Shown here: piece after piece, positions 28,422-36,521 of the stretch | Numbering within the stretch: the first letter of the stretch is position 1 | How the letters are laid out: each line of letters begins with the position of its first letter | IMG/VR virus record: IMGVR_UViG_3300029305_003884 | Coordinates: 32,001 to 96,000 of that record | Source of the DNA: a virus | Taxonomy: Duplodnaviria; Caudoviricetes | Strand: one strand, 5' to 3' | DNA: 64,000 nt | Translations under genes and position numbers: made by a program | The notes under the pieces: model-generated | Database searches by the model: none | Told to the model about the DNA's origin: nothing | The model's input: only the letters and a program-made list of their open reading frames with translations

Positions 28422-28430
28422 TATAAACTA
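28422..28430 (+). promoter_or_regulatory. Late promoter motif TATAAACTA
   Basis: Exact motif 27 nt before ATG 28458. Confidence 0.8.
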
Positions 28431-28457
28431 GGTTTAGAATACAATTAGGGTATCTAT

Positions 28458-30086
28458 ATGCTGAAATCTCTTTTTGAAGCGTCAATCGACAGGCTTAATA
28501 TCCCCGTGGATATGAAGACTGCAATCAAGAAAATTAACAACGTCTGTCTTGAAGCGGAAGGCGACAATAAGCCAGACCCGAACGAGCAATGGAAATTCAA
28601 CGCATTCCCCGAAAATAAGGGTAACGCAGCTCCGAATGCCGCTCCGGCCAATAACGCACCGAAGAAAACTCAGGCAGATTTGAACAAGCAATGGAATTTT
28701 ATCGGATTGCCCGAACAACCGTCTAACCAGAAAGACTTTGTTCCAGAAGGAAAACAGGGATGTGTAGACCCAGCAAAACCGTTCAAGAACCTGACTGCGG
28801 AAGAAGCAAAGAACTTGTACACGGTCAACCAAGACAATTCGGCTCAGGCAGCTCCTGCACAGACGGCACAGGCTCAGCCAGCACAGGCTCAGCAACAGGC
28901 CCAGGCCAATGCAAAACCTGCCGCTCCTAAGTACAGGAGGGGTGCCGATGTAGCAACCGTGCAGTTCTTCATCAGGTCAAAACACCCTGAGACGGAACTT
29001 GTCGGAGACGGTATCCTCGGTCCCAAGACAATCCAGGCAATCCAGAAAGTCGAAGACCTGGAGGAAACTGGAAAGATGGACCAGGCGACTCAACAGGCGT
29101 TCAACGATATGCTTAAAGAAGCAAAGGTTAAGGTCAAGGAATTGCAGGAAAAACTTGGTGTGACGGCAGATGGTCTCATCGGTAAGCAGACTCTTGCCGC
29201 AATGAACAAGGCCAACATGAACGTAGCAAACCTGTTTAGCACGCAACCTTCCAATGAGGCTTATGCATCCAAGCAAACCACCCCAGCAACCACTGCGGAA
29301 AACCCAACCGACAAGAAGCTGACATCACACCCTTTTAACAAAGAAAGAGCTGATTCCTTGCTTCAACAAAAATCAATCACACAGCAAGCATACAATATCT
29401 GGAAAAACTTCGGCATAGCCCCTATCATGCAGAAAAAGATGCCGAACGAAACCAAGGCATTTATTGCAAGAGCCCAACAGGAAAAGAAAAACGAAGCCAA
29501 CGCCGCTACCACGACAAAGGGTGAAAAAACTCCTGGTAACCAGGCGTCGAACGGAAATGTTACTCCCCAAAACGACGAAGAAAAGAAGTTCTATGAGGGG
29601 ATGAAAAAGAACTATCTGAAGGTATACCAGGCCTCAGCAAAGCAGAAGGGCAAGAGCGAACTATGGGCCAGCAACATGGCCGATAATGCGGCTAAAGAAG
29701 CCCTTGCCAAGAAGAGGAATGGCACCTGGGGAAAGGCAGCCGAGCAGGGAAATCAGCAGGCCGCTACACCACAAAAAAAAAATAACCAGAACGACGAAGT
29801 CTATCACACGATGAAAGATTCAAAAGGAACAACTGAATACTACTCTGGGAACATTTCCTGGAACAATCTGAGTCCTGAAGAAAAGAAAATCAAAGAGGAC
29901 GCCGAAGCCAAGGAGCAAGCCAAATACTATGATGGAAAACAAGTTAAAAAGAACCCAAAGACAGGCAAACCATACGATGAACAAATAGTGTATAACAGGA
30001 TTCAATCAGCAGGCCAAAACGCTGTTATAAAGAACAGAATGGCGAAAGCTCGTGAAAGACAAGCAGCTGGTGGAAAACAAGGATAA
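28458..30086 (+). CDS. Leader-family protein with peptidoglycan-binding (PG_binding_1-like) domains
   Basis: SLFEASIDRLNI...VCLEAE leader; DVATVQ...DGILGPKT..AI and VKELQEKLGVTADGLIGKQT. Confidence 0.8.
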   Translation: MLKSLFEASIDRLNIPVDMKTAIKKINNVCLEAEGDNKPDPNEQWKFNAFPENKGNAAPNAAPANNAPKKTQADLNKQWNFIGLPEQPSNQKDFVPEGKQGCVDPAKPFKNLTAEEAKNLYTVNQDNSAQAAPAQTAQAQPAQAQQQAQANAKPAAPKYRRGADVATVQFFIRSKHPETELVGDGILGPKTIQAIQKVEDLEETGKMDQATQQAFNDMLKEAKVKVKELQEKLGVTADGLIGKQTLAAMNKANMNVANLFSTQPSNEAYASKQTTPATTAENPTDKKLTSHPFNKERADSLLQQKSITQQAYNIWKNFGIAPIMQKKMPNETKAFIARAQQEKKNEANAATTTKGEKTPGNQASNGNVTPQNDEEKKFYEGMKKNYLKVYQASAKQKGKSELWASNMADNAAKEALAKKRNGTWGKAAEQGNQQAATPQKKNNQNDEVYHTMKDSKGTTEYYSGNISWNNLSPEEKKIKEDAEAKEQAKYYDGKQVKKNPKTGKPYDEQIVYNRIQSAGQNAVIKNRMAKARERQAAGGKQG

Positions 30087-30109
30087 ATAACCGAACATAT
30101 CTTAGTATT

Positions 30110-30141
30110 CACCCACGGTTCCGACCGTGGGTGTTTCGTTT
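30110..30141 (+). terminator. Intrinsic terminator
   Basis: CACCCACGGT-TCCG-ACCGTGGGTG-TTTCGTTT. Confidence 0.8.
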
Positions 30142-30157
30142 AAGGTGTCATCTAGGC

Positions 30158-30166
30158 TATAAACTA
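30158..30166 (+). promoter_or_regulatory. Late promoter motif TATAAACTA
   Basis: Exact motif 31 nt before ATG 30198. Confidence 0.8.
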
Positions 30167-30197
30167 TAGTCAGATTCAGGATTAAGCTGACCTACAT

Positions 30198-30935
30198 ATG
30201 ACATTGTTCGAGTCTGAAATACGCAAGTTGAATATCCCTAGATGTATCATGGACAGCATCGTGTCCCTGCGGAATATCTGCATGGAAGCTGAACAGCCGC
30301 AGCCACAACAGGCAACCCAACCTGCTCAAAAGCAACCACAGCCACAGCAACAGCAGCCGAAACCGCAACAGAATGCGGCACCCCAGCAACAGCCAGCTCC
30401 TCAGGCACAGCCTCAACAGAATGCACCGCAGACCGCTCAGCAGCCAGCCGCTGGAAATCAGCAAGGCCAGACTCAGCCGCCAGCTCAGGAGAATGGTCAG
30501 CCACAGCAGACAGCCCAGCCTCAACAGGCAAACAACGCACAGGGCAAGCAGCAGATTCCAGAAAACATAGACGAGAACCAAGTTGACAGCAACAAGTTGC
30601 TGAAGCAGTTCAATAATTTTTTGGAGGGTTGCCGAAAGAGAGTTGAAGAGCGCTTGATAGCTGACTTCGGTGATAAAGGAAAGACTATCATAGAAACAGT
30701 AAAGGAGTACACGAAGACGGGTTCCCCGATAGACTTCGATATGGAGATACTTCCGTTGCTCACTAAAAACGGGGAAGCTCCGACGAAGAAAGTTATTAAC
30801 GAGGTGCGTGATAGGCTCCAAAAGTATTTCGGCTTGAAAATCAGCGAGCCCAAGCAAAAGCAGCAGCAAAAAAACGAAAATAAGCAAGAACAGCCCGCAA
30901 AGACGGACGAAAAGCAAGAAGCTCCTCAGAAATAA
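30198..30935 (+). CDS. Leader-family protein with Gln/Pro-rich linker
   Basis: MTLFESEIRKLNI...LRNICMEAE, then ~85 aa of Q/P/A low complexity. Confidence 0.75.
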   Translation: MTLFESEIRKLNIPRCIMDSIVSLRNICMEAEQPQPQQATQPAQKQPQPQQQQPKPQQNAAPQQQPAPQAQPQQNAPQTAQQPAAGNQQGQTQPPAQENGQPQQTAQPQQANNAQGKQQIPENIDENQVDSNKLLKQFNNFLEGCRKRVEERLIADFGDKGKTIIETVKEYTKTGSPIDFDMEILPLLTKNGEAPTKKVINEVRDRLQKYFGLKISEPKQKQQQKNENKQEQPAKTDEKQEAPQK

Positions 30936-30936
30936 A

Positions 30937-31443
30937 TCAGTGTGTCAATTGACTAACTAACGCATCTACGTCAACGCAAGATGCGTTATATTTATTTATG
31001 TACACGCTGTTGAACAATTTCATCGTAACAGCATTCAACAGAATCGCCAATGCTTTCTTTTCATCGTCGCTCAGTTTGTACGACGACATCAACATGCAAT
31101 GCTGGTCCCGTCCACCTTTGTTGTTGAAGAGGGTGATATCAATGGGTTCGTCATCGCTTAACCCTACCTTTTCATACATGTGTTTGGCAATGGCGTTGCC
31201 TTTCTCGACAGTAAGGCAGTTCACATCAAACTGGTCCATCAACATTTCGAGCAGACGGCTTCCGACCCCCTGCCCACGTTCCGTTTCCTTGACGGAGAAG
31301 TCGCATAGGAAGTTGACATCGCCCGACTTGACAATCATGGCCTTGGCTACGCCAGATGCTCCCTCTTGCGAATAAGCTGGGTAGGCGACGACTCGATAGA
31401 CGTTTTCCATAGGCTGTTTGATAGATAATTTTAGGTCAAGCAT
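30937..31443 (-). CDS. GNAT-family acetyltransferase
   Basis: VKETERGQGVGSRLL and N..A..MYEKVG. Confidence 0.85.
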   Translation of the reverse strand: MLDLKLSIKQPMENVYRVVAYPAYSQEGASGVAKAMIVKSGDVNFLCDFSVKETERGQGVGSRLLEMLMDQFDVNCLTVEKGNAIAKHMYEKVGLSDDEPIDITLFNNKGGRDQHCMLMSSYKLSDDEKKALAILLNAVTMKLFNSVYINKYNASCVDVDALVSQLTH

Positions 31444-31466
31444 GTCAGTTTCATTGTTTCAAAATA

Positions 31467-31475
31467 TAGTTTATA
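31467..31475 (-). promoter_or_regulatory. Late promoter motif TATAAACTA (overlaps a TATATT)
   Basis: Exact motif 23 nt before ATG 31443. Confidence 0.6.
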
Positions 31476-31497
31476 TCCAGACTTAAACGAATTCCCT

Positions 31498-31962
31498 ATG
31501 GTATCTAAATACATCTACTTTGCAGCGAACAACATGGTTGAGCACCCGTTGTACATGAAGAGTTTCATCCTCGGTGAAACAGAAGACATAAACGCACGCC
31601 AGCACCAGTACAATGTCATGCAGAAGGGAATCCAGCAGATACCAACAGGGACACTGACCTCAATCGACGGTCAGGACGGTCTCATCTTCCCGTTTGTAGA
31701 CTACTTCAAGCTTACGCTGAACACCGTGTCAAATGCAAAGAACCGTCATGACACGTTTATCCACGACATCATGCTCCATGAGCGCCCGTTCAAGGACTTG
31801 GTATACCACGTAAAGGATAAACTACTCATGAATACCAAAGAAGCATTTGCGTTCTATAACACGATAGATTTCATCAGGGACATCGAACGGATTAAGGACT
31901 ACCTGATAGAGAACCTGACCAGCTACGGTCACTACACGGTTATGGAATACAAGTTCACGTAG
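31498..31962 (+). CDS. Hypothetical protein
   Basis: 154-aa ORF with codon usage like its neighbours. Confidence 0.65.
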   Translation: MVSKYIYFAANNMVEHPLYMKSFILGETEDINARQHQYNVMQKGIQQIPTGTLTSIDGQDGLIFPFVDYFKLTLNTVSNAKNRHDTFIHDIMLHERPFKDLVYHVKDKLLMNTKEAFAFYNTIDFIRDIERIKDYLIENLTSYGHYTVMEYKFT

Positions 31963-31969
31963 GATTGTC

Positions 31970-32431
31970 ATGGAAGTAGAACTGTATACCCCAGCAGAAG
32001 TGAAGGAACTTCTGTCCAACATGGAAACCATCAAGCGGTTCCCTATGATTTGTTACGACAAAGTCGAAAGCAACATAGAAGGAAAGACCGCTGCCGAAAT
32101 CATGAACGAGGCAAAGACCATGAACTACGACGGGGAATGGATGGTATTTCGTAGCATGGGTGTGGTGATTGGACTTGCCTGTGCGACCGTGGAAGACAAG
32201 ACTACACGCAACCTGTACCTGTATGACTTCGAGGTTGCGACTGATGCACAAGGAAACGGATTCTCAAACACGATGCTGGACTACGTGTACAAGTACGCAC
32301 GACAGCACGATTGCCAGTACATAACCCTGATGGCATTCGATGACAACGCTTTTGAATACTGGAAGCATCAGGGATTCAGGGTATCCCCAAAATCAAATAA
32401 CAACATCAGACTATTGTTCAAGAAACTCTAA
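31970..32431 (+). CDS. GNAT-family acetyltransferase
   Basis: FEVATDAQGNGFSNTML...A..YWKHQGF. Confidence 0.85.
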   Translation: MEVELYTPAEVKELLSNMETIKRFPMICYDKVESNIEGKTAAEIMNEAKTMNYDGEWMVFRSMGVVIGLACATVEDKTTRNLYLYDFEVATDAQGNGFSNTMLDYVYKYARQHDCQYITLMAFDDNAFEYWKHQGFRVSPKSNNNIRLLFKKL

Positions 32432-32468
32432 AACGAAAGGGACTCCCAGCGTCGACACTGAGAGTCCC
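32431..32468 (-). terminator. Intrinsic terminator
   Basis: GGGACUCUCAGUG-UCGA-CGCUGGGAGUCCC-UUUCGUUUU. Confidence 0.85.
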
Positions 32469-32685
32469 CATGCCATACATCCCATGGTGTTGGGTAACGG
32501 GATGGCGGCCAAGTCCTGTGGCGAAATGGCTTGCCTCCGTGCTACGGGTCACGGTCCCCGTCCGGCCATGTTTAACGAGCTGTTCCGAACTCAGCCTTTT
32601 CTGAGAATTCCTTACCGTTATAAGGAAAAGCATCAGATTCCTTTGCTCGGCGGCCTTCCAGGTACCAGCCTGAAAAACCTTCCAT
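32431..32685 (-). ncRNA. Putative structured non-coding RNA (~250 nt), family not recognised
   Basis: Own TTGACG-N17-TATAAT promoter, 3' terminator, six or more stems; G-U pairs work only on the minus strand. Confidence 0.7.
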
Positions 32686-32690
32686 CACAT

Positions 32691-32719
32691 ATTATAGAAA
32701 ATTTAAGTGGCTTCGTCAA
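32691..32719 (-). promoter_or_regulatory. Sigma70-type promoter TTGACG-N17-TATAAT
   Basis: Near-perfect consensus pointing into the intergenic region. Confidence 0.8.
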
Positions 32720-32951
32720 GACTTATGCCGAATTTTTCTGGATGACTGGTCGTTATCGTGAAGTATGCGGTGTGCCCACCATCTCCCGCACGAGGCATCT
32801 TCACATCTGTAGTGGCCTCTGGGTCGATTTTCTGGACGAGAGCCGAGGTTATCACCTGTAAATTCCGTTCGGTATTCGCCATCTCCTCATCTCGGCCAAT
32901 GGGGGTTCCGACATATTCATCCATCTTGTCATGAATATGCCTGAGCATCAT
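32703..32951 (-). CDS. Hypothetical protein
   Basis: 82-aa ORF at the end of the minus-strand operon. Confidence 0.55.
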   Translation of the reverse strand: MMLRHIHDKMDEYVGTPIGRDEEMANTERNLQVITSALVQKIDPEATTDVKMPRAGDGGHTAYFTITTSHPEKFGISLDEAT

Positions 32952-32993
32952 TCGTACATGAATTAGGTTTAGGGCAGACTGTTCTTTTTTTCA

Positions 32994-33416
32994 TTATGTA
33001 CCTTCCTGTTGTCTCTTTTCCTGCCATATAGCCATGGCTTCTAAAATCGTGATTGGCTCCAGCTCCCAACCTCTACTCCTGTTTAATTCCTTGCACGCAT
33101 CCTTTGCATTACTCTCGCACAGCCACTTGTACGCATACCTCGGGTCATCGACAAAATCCCCATATCGCTCGTCATTGTATTCACCGAAGAACTTTCCTTG
33201 TTTGAAATCAACAAGCACAAGGCTACGGTCGCTTATCGAATCGTCAAGTTCGATGGTTGTAGTGGTCGTGCGCTTGGCATAGTATTTCAACGCTACGAAC
33301 GCCGCTATCAGGAATACGATTAGAAGCAGTCCTGGAAGAAACATCATCCAGGTCTGCACTGTGTACATCTCGTATGCGTTATACAGGGGTTCCATCTCGG
33401 CAGCTACGATGTTCAT
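32994..33416 (-). CDS. Hypothetical membrane protein
   Basis: One N-terminal hydrophobic helix; ATGA overlap. Confidence 0.7.
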   Translation of the reverse strand: MNIVAAEMEPLYNAYEMYTVQTWMMFLPGLLLIVFLIAAFVALKYYAKRTTTTTIELDDSISDRSLVLVDFKQGKFFGEYNDERYGDFVDDPRYAYKWLCESNAKDACKELNRSRGWELEPITILEAMAIWQEKRQQEGT

Positions 33417-33721
33417 ACCGTCCCCGGTTTAAGCACAGGAAACATTCGTCTTAGGAGAGGCAATTCCACTGGCTGCGGAGTATAATCTTTTTCTTCGTCA
33501 GGCAAATAGTAGTCTCCACGATATAGTTTTTGGTAGAACTCGTAGAGGTATTCTTCGGTCTTTGTAAGAAGCACGGTGACATTCCAGACGAAATGAGTCG
33601 GACCGTCCATGTTGAACTCCCACTCACCCGCTTCATTCAATTCCTTCGTGTATCTTCCATAAGATACAGGGACGGACTTAATCATGTCGATGATTTCACG
33701 CTTGCTAAGATTGACGTTCAT
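33413..33721 (-). CDS. Hypothetical protein
   Basis: AGGAG RBS, 102 aa. Confidence 0.7.
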   Translation of the reverse strand: MNVNLSKREIIDMIKSVPVSYGRYTKELNEAGEWEFNMDGPTHFVWNVTVLLTKTEEYLYEFYQKLYRGDYYLPDEEKDYTPQPVELPLLRRMFPVLKPGTV

Positions 33722-33751
33722 TTTTTTCTCCTTTGAAATTTGTATACTCGA

Positions 33752-33994
33752 TTAGAAAAAGATGTATTTGAGGCAGGCTGTCATTGCGATTCCGAGCATC
33801 AGCATCACCGGAACCATGAAGAGGATTAGCCAAACGATGACACGCACATTGAACGTGTTCGCCTCGATGTTGTATAGCTTGAAGTCAGCCATGAGGCGAA
33901 GAATCTGGTTAGCTATGAAGATTCCTGTTTTCTCGAAAATGTTCTGGTATTCGGAAATGTTGTTCCTTTTGTATTTTGCGATAATCATGGTCAT
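33752..33994 (-). CDS. Hypothetical membrane protein
   Basis: C-terminal hydrophobic helix; ATGA overlap. Confidence 0.55.
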   Translation of the reverse strand: MTMIIAKYKRNNISEYQNIFEKTGIFIANQILRLMADFKLYNIEANTFNVRVIVWLILFMVPVMLMLGIAMTACLKYIFF

Positions 33995-34440
33995 CCCTCG
34001 AATGCGACATATATAAGGTTGAAATCTTCTACGACTTTCCTTCCATCCCGTTCGACAACGTTTCCCGTGGCGATAGGGAAGATTTTGAGGTTCTTTACGC
34101 CGTAGCTTTCACAAATGTTCATCAACTTCTTGCCATGCTTATTGGACTCACACTTGAAGGTCATAACGAGCTTGCCGTCGACGTTTTTCGCATCGATGCA
34201 GTGACCCATGACCTGTTCTTCCCACACTGCTGCAAGGGAAACCTTCTTCATTTCCCTTTCAATCGGGTTGAACTCCTGGATGATGAACCGTTCACCTTCC
34301 TTGACCTTCTTGATTATTGCCTCGACCGTATCCAAGGTGTACCAATGGACATCCTTCTTCGGGCTGTTGCCGTCAATGGTAGGTTTGGTCGTGTCGATAA
34401 CTTCCGCATCGAACTGGTAGTCAACTTTAATCCTTGGCAT
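33991..34440 (-). CDS. Prohead-protease (gp21)-like protein lacking catalytic residues
   Basis: Order of motifs Y..., QEFNP, HGKKL, ATGNV, VEDFNL parallels gp21 LYP, GELNHP, GDKL, SSRGLGS, VNEGFKL. Confidence 0.45.
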   Translation of the reverse strand: MPRIKVDYQFDAEVIDTTKPTIDGNSPKKDVHWYTLDTVEAIIKKVKEGERFIIQEFNPIEREMKKVSLAAVWEEQVMGHCIDAKNVDGKLVMTFKCESNKHGKKLMNICESYGVKNLKIFPIATGNVVERDGRKVVEDFNLIYVAFEG

Positions 34441-34729
34441 TCTTCACTTCCTTGACAAAATCGGGTCCACACAAAGCTTCAAGACTTCTTTCCATTATAG
34501 TCATGCGGCGTTGCCAGTAGTCACTCACGTTACGCAGGAACAACCGTACCTGCGGGCCGCATTCCTTCTTGCTGATAACGTCGATAACGTCACCATAAAA
34601 CTGGCGGCAAAGCTTGAACTCGTTATGCAAACGGGCCTTGTCGCCTACAAGGTTTTCGTACACTTTTCTCTGCTCGTCCGTAAAGGACTTGATAATCTTT
34701 TCTCTAAGTTCGGGTTTAATTTCAGACAT
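34427..34729 (-). CDS. Hypothetical protein
   Basis: Start at ATG 34729 (MSEIKPEL), GAGGTG upstream. Confidence 0.7.
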   Translation of the reverse strand: MSEIKPELREKIIKSFTDEQRKVYENLVGDKARLHNEFKLCRQFYGDVIDVISKKECGPQVRLFLRNVSDYWQRRMTIMERSLEALCGPDFVKEVKNAKD

Positions 34730-34730
34730 T

Positions 34731-35573
34731 TTACACCTCGTAGTTATCCAGGAGATACCTGTGTGCGGCAACCGCATTCCTTAACGGTTCGATGAATGTG
34801 GCGTGGCCGTATTGAGCCTTCGGCCTGCCATGATGGATATGGGTGATTCCCGTTCTAGGTACACCAAGACCAGCAAGGACAATTTCCTTGTCGTAGAAGC
34901 ACTCAATACCAAGGAATCCGTCCTCACCACCCCAGCGTCCGCTGAATATGGGAGAGAACACACAGTTGTAGCCGTAAAGCGTGCTGTTGATTTTGATTAG
35001 ACGTTCGATTGCCGCCTTGTTCATTCCGATATTGCACGACCAGAGAACAGCGGAGTCGAGAACTGGAGCTTCCTCGTCAATGACCGTGAACGGGTCACGG
35101 AAGATGTTCCTATACTTGTTGTGCTCCCTCTGGTCAGTGTAACCAAAGCTAAAATCGTCACGCTTGCCGCAAAGGACAATAGGTCTCTCGTCGGTCAGGT
35201 ACTCGTCATACCCCTTGATGATGTCGCCTTCTGGGAGACAGTCGCCATCAATGAATACAAGCTTGTCGCAGCCATCGGCCAACGCTTCCTTGATGCAGAT
35301 GTTGCGGCAATAGCCAGCAAGGAAATAATCTACATTCGGGGTCATCATAGGACGATATACGGTCTCTGGAACCTTGTCGTTGAACATCAGCTTGGAGAAG
35401 GACTTGCACTCATGTTTTGCTATTATGGCAGTAGCGTCTTCCTTGGTCTTCTGACTTTCACGGTCGAGCATGTAGTACAGACGGTCGGGTTTGACACTCA
35501 TGCCGTCAACCTTGCTCAACATCTGGTCCATGTACGGAACCTGGTTCTTGCTTATGATTATTAGACCTATCAT
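34731..35573 (-). CDS. GT-A fold glycosyltransferase (GT2-like)
   Basis: RN, FIDGD (DxD), WSCNIG, WGGED, H motifs. Confidence 0.85.
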   Translation of the reverse strand: MIGLIIISKNQVPYMDQMLSKVDGMSVKPDRLYYMLDRESQKTKEDATAIIAKHECKSFSKLMFNDKVPETVYRPMMTPNVDYFLAGYCRNICIKEALADGCDKLVFIDGDCLPEGDIIKGYDEYLTDERPIVLCGKRDDFSFGYTDQREHNKYRNIFRDPFTVIDEEAPVLDSAVLWSCNIGMNKAAIERLIKINSTLYGYNCVFSPIFSGRWGGEDGFLGIECFYDKEIVLAGLGVPRTGITHIHHGRPKAQYGHATFIEPLRNAVAAHRYLLDNYEV

Positions 35574-36478
35574 ACGACTATTCCGATTATTCCGAGTACC
35601 ATTGCTACGACCGCCAATGCGATGAAGACATATTCTATTGGGAACTTCTTCTCTTCGCTCAAAGTTTCAATCGACCTAACCCTTTCCTGCAAGGATATCT
35701 GGGCACTGATTATCTGCTGGTCCTGCTTTATTAGCATGTTCAGCTTGTCTGTTATGGATTTCTGATTGTTTGCATAAATACCGACAATATCGTACAGACC
35801 ATCGACGTTGTTCGCCAAGTCGTAGACAGCCTTGTTGACCTCCTGCTCCTCAAGGTCATCCATTCCGTAATCGCCGTTGGAAAACACCGATGCGAGCATG
35901 TTGTCCACCTCGGCTTCCTCCTTCGCTGTCAGCGTGGTGACAGGTTTCTTTACGGCGGGAGTCTTCATATCTTCTAGCGGGGTAATCGGCAACTGGCTGT
36001 TCGGGATGGCGGAAAAGTGCTTAACGATATAGCCATCCTTCTGTTCAAGCTTGGTAAGGGAGAAACTCTTCGGGCCGACCGATATAAACTTGATTCCCTC
36101 ATGCTGTCCTGGAACGACATAGAGTATCATGTTCGTCACGACACCCTCGCTCAGGAAGGACATGGCCGTCTGGTTGCCCCCAAGGATGTAGACAGGCTTG
36201 TCGATACGCTTCGCCAACGTAAGGGCGGTGAACACATTGGTCGTATACGACGTGTGTTTCAACCGTGTGGTCAGGCTCTTCGAAAACAGAATCCGTGAGG
36301 CCACCCTGGTCTTCCTGAAACACTTCAATTCATTGTACGCATTGCGACCCATGATAATCGTGTTTCCCTTGATTAGTTTTTCCATGTCCTTGTGGATGCC
36401 TTCACAATCCCAAGGAATCGAGGTACCGTTCCCTATCGTGTTGTTCGCATCAATCGTCAAAAGAAGTGTAATATCCAT
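35570..36478 (-). CDS. Dihydrofolate-reductase-like domain fused to coiled coil and C-terminal TM helix
   Basis: NNTIG...IPW...IIMGR..Y and YILGG; C-terminal YVFIALAVVAMVLGIIGIVV. Confidence 0.8.
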   Translation of the reverse strand: MDITLLLTIDANNTIGNGTSIPWDCEGIHKDMEKLIKGNTIIMGRNAYNELKCFRKTRVASRILFSKSLTTRLKHTSYTTNVFTALTLAKRIDKPVYILGGNQTAMSFLSEGVVTNMILYVVPGQHEGIKFISVGPKSFSLTKLEQKDGYIVKHFSAIPNSQLPITPLEDMKTPAVKKPVTTLTAKEEAEVDNMLASVFSNGDYGMDDLEEQEVNKAVYDLANNVDGLYDIVGIYANNQKSITDKLNMLIKQDQQIISAQISLQERVRSIETLSEEKKFPIEYVFIALAVVAMVLGIIGIVV

Positions 36479-36521
36479 AACACATAGTCGTATAATCCAG
36501 TTATTAAACTACATTTTTCGA

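Noticed and set aside
30290-30560. CAG-rich repeats as a CRISPR array or DNA-level repeat
   Set aside because: Simply encode a Q/P/A linker; no constant repeat-spacer structure.
32418-32633. 71-aa ORF in the structured region, with AAGGA upstream
   Set aside because: Runs through the terminator into the convergent gene and has no protein-like features; an RNA explanation fits better, though translation is not excluded.
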